This document shows positions 52,936 through 64,000 of a stretch of 64,000 bases of DNA, piece by piece. Made by a program: the position numbers and the translations under genes. The stretch covers positions 275,094,001 to 275,158,000 of the forward strand of contig CM097883.1 of assembly GCA_044892505.1 (NCBI GenBank), written 5' to 3'. Numbering within the stretch: position 1 is the first letter of the stretch; each line of letters starts with the position of its first letter. Under the pieces are notes generated by a model. It was not told the origin of the DNA and ran no database searches. It worked only from the letters and a program-made list of their open reading frames with translations. This DNA is from Schmidtea nova (lineage: Eukaryota).

Positions 52936-55617
52936 TGGTAGGATCAACAGGGAAAAGTTTGAAACTAACACAAAAATAAACCTTTCAGAGAGATTAAGTT
53001 GGTAATTAATTATTTATTTATCTGACTCCAAATTATGTATCGTTATATTATTGAAATAGGTTACGCTCACTATCAAATGATAAAATCAAAAGAAACTTCT
53101 TTTCTCTTTAAATACTTTTATTAAATAACAATGTGTACAAATTTTACTACAGATATAACTAAGAACATGATCAACTGATCAATCCCTCAATGATCCGCAA
53201 GCTATACGATGCTTTCTAACGGCAGGTCACCGTTGAATATATATACTTATTGAACTCACCATGTAAATAAATTATTATAAAACCTAATTAATTTAGTAAA
53301 ATGAATTAGTAAGAATAAATTTATGGATCTTGAATTTTTTTAAATAGTCATGCTAGTCATATTTGGTCAAAGAACTTACCTTTTCCTGGCAAAGAAGATT
53401 ATAATTGCGGAGTTTAGCAAATTGAAAATATTAATGGATTTTATAACATTTTTATAATAATACGGCTACATTACAGTTAATGAAAAATTGATAATTGTTT
53501 TTTCTCTCGTAAATTCGTAATTATGTAAATAATTGCTGAAATAACAAAACTCAAATCATATTCAACTTACAATTTACTTTATTGTATTAAAAAATTCCTG
53601 TCTATCTGTTGAGGATACCTAAATAATAAATTAAATATTGGCACAAATAAATAAAATTATTTCGGGAAAATGAACACGGTGAATGATTTATTGTTTAGAA
53701 ATATGAAAAAAGATGTTTGAAGAACAAAACTTGAAGGATGAGAAGTTGGCAGCAAAACAAAGGAAATTGAAAAAATAACCAAGAACGGTCATTCCTAATT
53801 AAAAAGTACAAAAAGCAAAAAAGAATTCCAAAATCGAAAAACAAAGAGAAAATTAGAAAATTAGCCTGTCAGAGATATCGGAATTATAGGAGAAAAGTCG
53901 GAACAACAAAAAGGAAAAGCAGTCCATATCTCGACAGCTGTCACAGATAAGGCAATAGCTGTTGAAGAAGGCCAAAAGCAAAGTTGAAAAACTAATTTAT
54001 TTTTCAAGTACCACAAAATTTACCGCGCTATAAAAGCAAAAGTCAGCGCAGCTGAATTAGAGAAAAAAATTCGAGTGAGACTACTGTTGGGCCAGCCAAA
54101 TCGAGCAGCATCTGAAAATAATGTACAATCAATAAAATAAATTAAATACAGAATAACAACAAAATAAATTACCAACACCAAAGCGTAACAAAATAGGCGG
54201 CAACATCTAAAAGAAATAAAATATTAATCAAAACAACAAAAATCTTCAAAACTCACTCATGCGAAGCAGAAAAAAATTGAATATGACAGCGCGTGGGCGG
54301 ATGTCACCGAAGAGCTAAAACAAAATCAAATAAAAATTAAATCATACAAAAATAAACTTACCGCATGATTAACCAAATAAATCATTGAGTTGAGTTAGGC
54401 ACCAAAAAGCCGGCAATACAAAATAATGAAGCAAACATACACACATACTCGATGCTGATTGGCTAACCAACAACACCGGTTGAGTATAAATACTGAAGTC
54501 AAATCAGTATTTGACAATGTCATTTTTACTGAAGTTAAATCAGTGCAACAGTCACTCTTACGGAAGACATTGTAAAACCGAATTGGAAATAAAAGGTAAT
54601 TTGGTGTTATGTTATTGATGTGTCTAAACCCTCATAATCATAATTGTTTATAATCATATTAAAATCAATAAGGTTTCCGGAGGCCTAACAGCCTGACGGA
54701 TTCTTGGGGCCTCTCAGCGCAACACAATCTTTCGGTTGTGAGGTGCTGATGCGGCGGGACCATAAGTTTACTAAATACTTGATGGGGGAAAAGGGGGATG
54801 CACATAGGGTATCGAGTAAGACCTAATGAACATGAACTAAATCGAGGTAGAGACGGCCTGATATAAACGCTATACATCACGATGATAGGGTATCGAGTAC
54901 AAACTAGTAGTCGTAAACGAGCGCAAAGGGAAACCCGTTTTATAGGAAGGATATATATCGTGGCGAAGTCTAGACGAGGGATAGACGTGTAGTGAATAAT
55001 GTTAGGGTAGATGAATTAGGTGACGACGAGGGTAGGTATATGTCGACATTAGCGCGTACGAGTTCGGCATAGTGAACCTAGTATCAAGGGTTAAGGATAA
55101 TCGATAACCTCTGTCAGCTGTGTTTAGTCGCCAAGAGAGATGATAAATAAATCACAGGCATTGAGAACTGATAAAATGATGAACCCCAGTGAGTAAGGAC
55201 CACAGGAACTTACGAGAATTACCCGACATAGTGTGATCATTGCTGGTTAGATGAGGAAGTGATTGAGAACGACTGATGAGATTGAATGTAATAAATAGTA
55301 TTATCAATAAACAAAAACGGTTGTAGTTGGGTGGTTGAACCTGATTGATGAAAGTTAAGTATAATAGTGATATGATTAAAAAATGCAACAAATCGTGCGT
55401 AGCTGAATCGTTGAAATAAAAAGCGGAGTACACTAGCTTCAAGCTATCATCTAACACGACCCACGTTAAGTCACCAACTATGATCCGGCAAAAATACAGA
55501 ATGTACCACTCAGACCTACAAAATTTCATAAATAAGACGGGTGGGTCGACTAATATAAATAGGTCCGTTCTACCGTAGAATCCGTAGATAAAATCAACCA
55601 TTTTCTTTAGGAATACT

Positions 55618-56253
55618 ATGGTGAAACTGGAGAGTTACCAAAAGAAGTCGATGGTCGCGTGCCCTATAAAGCTAGAGAAGACCATCATTCGTAGGAAACG
55701 GCGCACCCGTTCCGTCCTCAGACCAAATGCGAACCCAAATATCAGAGGAGAGAACGAAGCACCCCGAAAAGTTGTCGAAGTATCACGTCGCCACCTACGA
55801 CGGTGGATGAGGGCCCATATGAGCTCAGCCGCTAGCACCCCAGCTTGCGCGTTTGGACTACAGTTGCGGTGGGAAGGAGATACCGATTGGGTACCCTCCT
55901 CGGATCGTATCAAGCCGGAAAATACCCGATGGTTTTATCAATTCCTAGATGAGTTAAAGCAACCCCGCTGGCTACTGAGTACCGGAATGATGTCCGGAAA
56001 AGAGCTACATCAACTCGGATACATGCTGCTAGACAGGCCTCGGTGTGGCGACACTGGGGAAGTCTTCGCCTACTCAAACGCGCCAGGAAGCGTGTCATTG
56101 GACCAACACCCCGAGCCCAAAGACCTTCGTCTCTGGGAGGTATTCATCTTTCGGGACAAGTTAAGTTGGAGCCCCGCCCCGGAGTTATACTATGAGAGCG
56201 GAATCCGTCGTGACGAGAACACGGCCGACCAGGAATTACGACCCTTCATCTAA
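55618..56253 (+). CDS. Solo-LTR ORF A, 211 aa, unknown; positional counterpart of LTR ORF1
   Basis: TTTTCTTTAG acceptor-like site just upstream of ATG; short shared motif GMMSGKELHQLG vs GHIPRRELCQLG. Confidence 0.55.
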   Translation: MVKLESYQKKSMVACPIKLEKTIIRRKRRTRSVLRPNANPNIRGENEAPRKVVEVSRRHLRRWMRAHMSSAASTPACAFGLQLRWEGDTDWVPSSDRIKPENTRWFYQFLDELKQPRWLLSTGMMSGKELHQLGYMLLDRPRCGDTGEVFAYSNAPGSVSLDQHPEPKDLRLWEVFIFRDKLSWSPAPELYYESGIRRDENTADQELRPFI

Positions 56254-56444
56254 ATCGCAAGGAAACCGACCCACCGAAGGAATATTTGATGTGTATTAAA
56301 AATAAATGTATTAATTTTTGGGTTTTGTTATGTCTTTGAATGTATGAAGCGATCTGAGAGTAAAACACCTGTTTGATAATAAAGATAGTGACTGGGAGAA
56401 CAGACAAACCATACATAACCCGATTAATGATACATTTTACAGAG

Positions 56445-57008
56445 ATGAGTGAACATCCAACTAGGAACTACAAACAAGAGGCAAAAGAGCATAAAGCACG
56501 ATCGCGAGTCCTAGAAAACCGCTTGCGGCAGCTAAACGAAGAGCACCAGCGAATTAAAGCCACGTGGTTCAACCCAGAGAGGGTTAAAACCATCCTGCAA
56601 GCCAGATACAGGGCGGAACGAACAATCGACGAGCAAGCTAGGGAGGTAGCAGCACTAAAGATGGAGCTGTCGAATTACTTGAGGGCATCAACCCAGGAGT
56701 TTATCACCGAGCAACTACGCCCAGTGATCAGGGCTAGCACCTTTAATCGGTGGGTGGACACAATATCGATGACAACAAGTACCCAAACGGAAATAGAAAC
56801 CATCCCAATCACAACTACCCCAACATCCCCAATAATTCTGGAAGGCTCGAAACGAACAAAGAGACGGAATCGCTTGGGAGCGAAAAAGCGTAGGGAGAGA
56901 CGCGCATATGCAGATCGCGTAGGAATAGAGGTAGACTTGCTCAGTGGTCTATCCGAGCAAGAACTACTAAATGTAATCCGACCCTCTGTATTGTTGAACT
57001 ACAAATAA
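56445..57008 (+). CDS. Solo-LTR ORF B, 187 aa, homologue of LTR ORF2
   Basis: Collinear similarity to 9756-10352; CATTTTACAG-AG-ATG start context. Confidence 0.8.
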   Translation: MSEHPTRNYKQEAKEHKARSRVLENRLRQLNEEHQRIKATWFNPERVKTILQARYRAERTIDEQAREVAALKMELSNYLRASTQEFITEQLRPVIRASTFNRWVDTISMTTSTQTEIETIPITTTPTSPIILEGSKRTKRRNRLGAKKRRERRAYADRVGIEVDLLSGLSEQELLNVIRPSVLLNYK

Positions 57009-60000
57009 ATGTATAAAATGAATGATTTGACTTGTCTTGTTTGTTTGTGGAATGTCTGAGGATCGAATGTAGATAAAGCCCGGATTCATGTTAAGGCTGC
57101 AGATATCTAAAAAGTAAATTACCCTAGGACAAAAGAAAAGAGCATAAGTGGGACCGAAAGAAATCCACAAACACCTTCTATCGGTAGTGGTGGACCCGTG
57201 AATAAACAAGGGAATAGTAGCCGAAAGGTTGCTCACCTGCCTTGTCATTTCACAACGTTGACACAGTACCAACATGATGAGTAGTTAGGGATACATCATG
57301 GGTGTCAGCGGGGGAAACGTTTTTATGTTGGCGAGATCACCCTAACGTATAAAATCATAAGGATCTCAGTTGTCAATCCAACCAACACACCAGCACTACA
57401 AATTTGTGCGAAAATATTTTATGACAGAAATTTATTGAAAAGCTTATCGAGAGGAACTTATTGAGCCGAAGTTCAGGTCAATGCATAGAAAGCAATTAGT
57501 TAGTTGCCCATTGTTAACACTAAATCAGTAGCTAGTGGTTGTTAGACGGATATATTATACAAGAGTGCTTATTCTTCAAATAAGTGTCGTAATAAGCACT
57601 GTATGATTGTTTAATATTATTGATTTATTGTACCAGTTGTGATATCAATAAAAATCACTGTTGTAATTGTTATTCTATTGATTAAGAAAGCACGCATTTG
57701 GAGTCAGAATTTTCATTGGTAACTTTGAAATTTCACTAACTGTACAATAACCCAACATATCTATGGTCCGATTGACTTCCAACTAGGAACTTCAGATCTA
57801 CCCTATAATTCAAATTTCTTTCTTTATGTTGGAATTACTATTAAAAGCATAAAAGTAAAATCCAACACACAATAAATAATTTGAAAATCAAAAAAAAATA
57901 TCAAAATAATTAAAAGTGCAAAAATTAATTAAAATCTATCAAAAATTAAAATTCATCGGGGGAAATTGGTATGGTTGAAAGCCAAATCAAAATACGAATC
58001 CAATAATAATAATAATTGAGTGAATGGTCCCAAAGAATGTTATATTAAAAAAATTAATCGCTCAATGGGAAGTCTGAGCCGATGGGAAACCCGAGAGGTG
58101 AAAAAACCCGGAGCGCAAGAAGACCCGAGAGTTCAAAGGCGGATAATTGTGCAAAACAAATAAAGATAAAACCCATCCGGGCCCTAGTAATGGATGTACA
58201 ATTTAATTTGTTATTGTCCCAATTAGGCTAAAGATTTCCAGATAATTATCTTCGTGATAATGATATAAAAGGAGAACGGAAAAGAAACGAGCCACCACGT
58301 TGTCGAAAAGAGTCAAGGTAAAATACTGAGTTGAGGAATTTTAAGGAATGTAAGAAGCGATTATAATAAACCTTTTTTTTCAATTAGACGTACCAGAAAA
58401 GGAAATTACCCTTTGGGTTATCTGCCTTAACGTTAATCAAATTAATAAATAAAAGAATGTGCAAATTATTGGAAAATTGTATCGATTTAAAATATCGTAA
58501 TAAGACAAATTGTAATTTGTTGTGACTTTCAAATTAAATTATTCTGAGTTACGTATTATTGATATAAATAAAAGGACACGATGAGTCAAAATTTAAACCC
58601 ATCTATTGTTTAAATAAAATAACCCAACACTTAACATTACAAAAATGGGTTAAATTCTACTAAATAATATTAAACATTGTTTAAATCCTGAATTAAGATT
58701 TAATTCATTCAAATAAAAAAATCAATTTCTAAACAAGTCATTTCTCCAACTTATATATTGCACAAAATTAAGTAATTAACATTTTTAACAGACTGGCAAG
58801 TCTAAATTCAGTATCTAAATTAAATGAACAATCAATTTTCAGTTTTTTAAATAAACAAAAATAATAAAAATCAAACTCAAATAAAAGTTTTTCAAATAAA
58901 ACCAAATTTCATTTGTTAAATTACTTGAAAATAATAATACAAATACAATTAATAAGGTCAACACAATTTCGAATTAAACAGCCTTTACATAATTAACTCA
59001 AAAGAAAATTTGATCCTAATTATGAAAATTCGAAAAACAATTTATATATAATATCACATAATTAGAAATTGTAAAAAAACAAATCACCAATTTTATTGCG
59101 TGTCATTAAAAAAAATCAAATATTTTGGAAAAACTCATTTATTAAATTTAAATCAGTGCATTGATTGCCGACTAATCGATTTTTCTAAATATTTAAAATA
59201 ACATTTTTTTCATTATTATTTTTTAATTAAATAATATAAACTACGTTTTTTAAATTTATGAGAGTTGGAATTTCAGTTAATTTCAAATCAGAATCACATC
59301 GAAATTTATTTTCCGTTGATTTCCATCTATTTTATAATAAACAAAACAAGAAAACGGTACACTAAATTTTACAAGAATTTACTCGTCTTTATAGCCAACT
59401 TCTACTAAAGCAAATACCAAATTACTGCATAATTCCATTCCTTTTTCAACGAAAGGTTCAGCTGGTTTTAATTTTTAATTAATAAATTATTAAAAGATAG
59501 ATATTAATAAATTGATAATAAATATCAATTAATAAATTTTAAAAAATCAATACCATCACGACAATCAGAACACCAGCTATCTCCGGTGGACTCTTCAGTT
59601 GAACCACAGAAAAATAATATCACTGAATTTTCTAGCGATTTTAACTCTTCAATTTTGGCTAGATATTTGTCATAATTTCCAATATACAATTGTTCACATG
59701 ACATTGCACAAATATTTTATTTGATTTACAGCTAATATAAATTGAAAATGGAATTAACAAATAAATAAATAAAATCAGTTAGAAGTATTTAAACAAATAA
59801 CTTATTTAACACATTTTTTCTGAATTATTTAATTGATAAAATTTTTCCTAAAGTCAATATTGTCAACTAATTGTGTATTTAATTTTATAAATTAAAATAA
59901 GAAATTTTACTTCATATTGATTAAATTGAAATGATTAAAATTTTTTTCTAATGCAAATGTTGTGCAAAACAAAAATAGGGTTTAAAAGTGTTGGATTATT

Positions 60001-60204
60001 TATTTTAAATCGGTTTATTATCTGACTCCTCATGCTCATATAATTGAAAATCACCAAAACCGAACACAATAAAATTTTTTGAATTACATCAATTCACAAA
60101 AGATAAATCAATACAATTTTTATTTTCTGCACAAACACTCAGAAATCTCCTTTATTCAAGCGATAGGGGCAGGTCTACCAAGGGTAGATTGCATTTTCTG
60201 ATGT

Positions 60205-61620
60205 TGGTACCATAGCAGGATCTAATTCTATAGTGACCAAAACAACTGTTGTTTTAACTGGTAGTTACCTGTCACAAGCAACTGGTGGGTTATTGGGCAT
60301 GAGGAAAACTAATTACTGCGGTTCTATTTCCAGTAACCTCGCGTATAAACATTGAATAACCACCTTGTTGCCCGCTACAGTGTAACGTTGGTACTGCAAC
60401 AAGTGACATTCGCAAAAAGTGAGCGTCGAATGAATCGAAAATATAATTGTCCGAATGTTGCGGTTGGGTTCAAGGGCGACCGATAGAAGTGTTGGAATTT
60501 CAACGTAAACTGATCGAAACATTCATTTTAGATAAATATTATAGGACTGTGGCAAACAGTTTCCGAATAAATATCTACGCAAAAGCTCAGTTCGAAGATC
60601 TCCACAATATATTTCATTCAAGTCAAATCTAATAAATTGCGATCATATATAACTCCAAATATAATCAGTTCAACCTTATCTAATCTGTGTAGTCCTAACA
60701 AAAGCAACAAACCACAAACACCTCAAAGATCAATCCAATCCAGCCAATACAACAATTATCTTATGACAATTTATATGACGATTTCAGATTTTATCCTATG
60801 ACAATTTAAATAAGACAATATGTCAATTTGCAATTCTGGCAATCTTGTATATGATCTATTAATGTGGATGACTATATTGAAATTTTGTTATTTTATTTTG
60901 TCATGCCAGAAACGGGCATTTAACCTTGTAAATTTTATATAAATACAATATTTTAGGCTAATTTCAAAATTCTAAATTTTGGTACATAAGGGTAAATATA
61001 ATTAATATTAATTTTATTAGAGTTCATAAAATATTGTACATAAGCTTATATAAAATTTAATATTTTCGCCCAAAAAATTCGATAACTTAAAATTAGTGTC
61101 TCTTCTTTTTAAGGTAATCAGAGAGAACACTTAAAACCCGAGCAGGCAAAAAAGCTCACCAGAGTTATTTGCACATAACATAACATTAAATTGCACACTA
61201 CATTTAACAAAATACAACATGCATTTCCTTTAGTTTGAACAGTATTGTTGGTACCATAACGGATTTTATTTTATGATAACCAAATAATTTTTGATTTTAC
61301 CAGTAGTTACCTGTCGCAAAAACAAGCTTCATCCCAACTGAGGGTGGACGAGAAAACTCGCTCTCATCATTTTTATATGCTTTTCGATGTTTCCAGCTAA
61401 CACAATCAATATCCCGCCTGAGCCCGCAAATATTATGTTGGTAACATAACAGGATTTAATTTTATTGTAACTAATTAATTATTGAATTTACCAGTAGTTA
61501 CCCGTCACAAGTAACGTTGATACTGTAAATAATGGGCTAAAATACTCGCAAAAAGTCAGTGTTGTTTCCAAAACTATAATTGTTTGAGTAATTTCTTCGG
61601 CTTCACGAGCTATCGATATA
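60205..61620 (-). repeat. Cluster of degenerate fragments related to the 3' end of the 37505 LTR family
   Basis: TGGTGGG end at 60287; recurring GTTACC(C/T)GTCAC and GTAACGTTG(G/A)TACTG motifs near 60265, 60370, 61305, 61498. Confidence 0.5.
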
Positions 61621-63002
61621 AGATATGTGCTCAATTTCGGTGTTCGGTCCCTTTTCACATTTTAACCCTTATCAATTCATGTTTTAACTGTTAATGATCA
61701 TACTACTGTTTTATCTGAGAAAATTAATTATTATATTTACAGATTCAAAATTTTATTATTTTAAATGCAAAATTAAGATTGTATGGAATGATGATAAGTT
61801 TCGTGTGTAAGGGGATAAAATAATGATAAAATTACAAGAATTACAGATTTTCCCAAAGAAGGTAAATATATTCGAACGATGTGGTTAGGTTAGAAGAATA
61901 GTTAGCAGAGTCTCGTCTGCAAGAAGTGCAACAACAGAAGAAAAGAAAAACTGATAATATAAGCTTAATTGATAAATTTTCTTGGGTGAATTTGTTTCAT
62001 TATGGTACAATTTATTTCAGATTTTTATGCTTTCGGAATCAACTCTCGCTCCCTATTTGGACTTCATCGCTTTTCCAGTCTGTCTCGCCGACCCTTTGAA
62101 TTTTATTTCTTCGTCGCTGAAAAATTTTTATGATATCAACATTGTAAGTTTTATGTTAAATAAATGTGTTGTTTTTTTTTTATTTATATAAATTTTAATT
62201 GATTAAATTCGATGTTAAGATTCACATTTTTTACTAAAATTAAATACGTGATGTCGTCAAAAAGTTTCCGGCCTACCCTACTTAACAAATTGATTTTTTA
62301 ATGGAAATAGGTTTATTTTATTGGAAATTTATTGACAATTTCATGTTGAAAATCAGTAGGGGATAGTGAGCGCACGTCACCACTTTTTTCACATAGCAAC
62401 GGTTGCTAGGGTAAATACACACATCAATATATAATCCACGAGGAACCTGTTTCCAAGGTAAATACACACATCAATATATAATCATCGAGGAACCTATTTC
62501 CAAGTTAATTATTTTACAGTTAATTATTTTAAGTTGTCATTAGTATTTATTAACTTATCATAAATATTACAAATCTTATTGAATAATAAATAAAGATTAA
62601 TTATTAGATTACAAAGATCAATAAAGAAAACTAATTATTAAATAATCTAAATTAATTTTTATTTACAAAGGTAATTAATTATAAATTGAATTGATTAAAT
62701 AAATTGATACTTACAGTTACTTTCTTTTCTCTTTTCATCGGTAAGTTTATTTTTCATTAAACTATTCATTGTTGCAGATGCTTCAATATTATAACCAATA
62801 GCATTGTTCATGTTATTGTCGACATCGTTGTTGTAATCATTGATCATGGTAATATCCATATTGTTGTTGGTGTTGTTCATTTTATCTAAAATAAGTTGAT
62901 TATTTAAAAATTTTAAAACAAAAATTAACTTACCAAATTTAGGTTGCAATAAAAAGTGATTCTTAAATGAAAAACTATTGCTTATATACTAAATTCAACA
63001 AT

Positions 63003-63698
63003 TTTTAACCAATCAAATTCGAGGAAACATACACACACGTTTGTAAATACCACAGTGTAATTTATGTTTACAATTAAATTTTTTTTAAAATTATTGAACA
63101 CATCATTTATTGTTATAAATATATGTCATCATTTAATGTTAAATATCAATTATTTTTAAAATACAATGTAATAAATTAAGATTAATTTTACAGTTAAATT
63201 ATTCTAATAAATTATAAAAATTATTACAAGTAATTAAAATTAAATAAAAAAAATTAATTATTCGATAAATTGTAAATTAATTGAAATAAAAATTAATTAA
63301 TTAAAATAAAAATTAATTAAAAGTAAACTAATTATTCACAAAGTTATTAGTTTTTACATAATGTATTATTGTAGAGAATTAGAATATAAATTGTTACAGT
63401 GAAAACACAATTAAAGTATCAAATAAAATCAATTATTTACAACAAAACCCATGTGTAACACGATAATTTTTAAATTTCTAATCAAACAATTTAGTGGAAA
63501 ATTTATACATATAATGAAAACTCTAAAAAATTATTTTAAATAGTTCAAAAATATCAATAAAACATGTGTACAACACGAAAAATGATTAATTATATATTTT
63601 TATTTAAGCCATTTTATAGGAAATTAAATTCTAAATATACACTGTTAATGTGAAAACTCATTATCTTTATTACAACATCAAAGAAAACCAATTAATAA
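63003..63698 (+). repeat. AT-rich dispersed repeat, uninterrupted counterpart of 41800-41900 plus 46105-46860
   Basis: Collinear similarity across the site that is filled by hAT and the hammerhead foldback in the other copy. Confidence 0.7.
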
Positions 63699-64000
63699 TG
63701 TTGGGCCAAAACGCAATTTGTTTTAATAAAACGATAACCCCATAGGTAGAGAACGCGCAAGATTCCATTTTTAACCTTAGCTTCCATTGAAAATCCAACA
63801 ATTAAGTGGAAAACACCAAAAGGTGAAGATGAATCAAAACACATCAACCGGTAGAATGCGCGCTAACTGCGAATTTATAAATATTTTCACTGAAATCGCG
63901 AGAAAAATTAAAAGCAGAATGTTTGGAAGCTAGAATAGGCAAAAAACCCATGGAGAGTGCCCATAAGGAACAGAATTTTGTCATAAAATCTTCAGTGCAG
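63699..64000 (+). mobile_element. Start of another LTR of the 37505-41133 family, running off the window
   Basis: ATAA then TGTTGGGCCAAAACG...CCCCATAGGTAGAGAACGCGCAAGATTC, collinear with the minus strand from 41133. Confidence 0.75.

Larger units (their letters stand above)
54085..57395 (+). mobile_element. Solo LTR (3311 bp) of a sister family of the giant element
   Basis: TGTTGGGCCAGCCAAATC ... ACCAGCA; perfect 4-bp TSD CTAC; conserved CCAAT/TATA, two ORFs and GCTCACCTGCC motif. Confidence 0.92.

Noticed and set aside
53640-54084. Lys/Glu-rich coding-like sequence interrupted by the solo LTR
   Set aside because: Too many stops and no recognisable motif to assign.
58015-58330. GC-richer island after an (AAT)n tract
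   Set aside because: No ORF, terminal repeat or homologous copy in the window supports a call.

Overview
AT-rich eukaryotic (animal) DNA, almost entirely transposon-derived. The composition, (AAT)n/(TA)n tracts and giant LTR element suggest a flatworm such as a planarian, but that is inference. The centrepiece is an apparently intact, very young 29.75-kb Ty3/Gypsy-type LTR element (7705-37455, +). It has apparently identical 3116-bp LTRs, a 4-bp TSD inside an (AAT)n microsatellite and a tRNA-Pro-type PBS. It is organised like a complex enveloped virus. Each LTR encodes two ORFs, followed by an IAP-type RING ORF and two tandem arrays, one a CCAAT ladder at 32-bp spacing. Next is a Gag with three zinc knuckles and about four ubiquitin-like modules. 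A 4076-aa polyprotein follows, ordered Bcl-2-like / chuvirus-type fusion glycoprotein / PR / RT / RNase H / IN / ankyrin repeats / two duplicated FN3 membrane proteins. An operon-like cassette of four ORFs, including a full-length TRAF, ends the internal region. Two solo LTRs of sister families (37505-41133, 54085-57395) and the start of a third (63699) are nearby, and one solo LTR encodes a clear protein-level homologue of the LTR-borne ORF2. Other content: a decayed piggyBac with nested MITEs, a pogo remnant, a near-complete hAT with two frameshifts, and a foldback element with two minimal type I hammerhead ribozymes (Penelope-like). There is also an intronless GT31 glycosyltransferase gene, a decayed Gypsy pol and one probable host exon. 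Domain calls come from motif recognition by eye, not from database searches. Giant planarian Burro elements are already published and must be compared before novelty is claimed.
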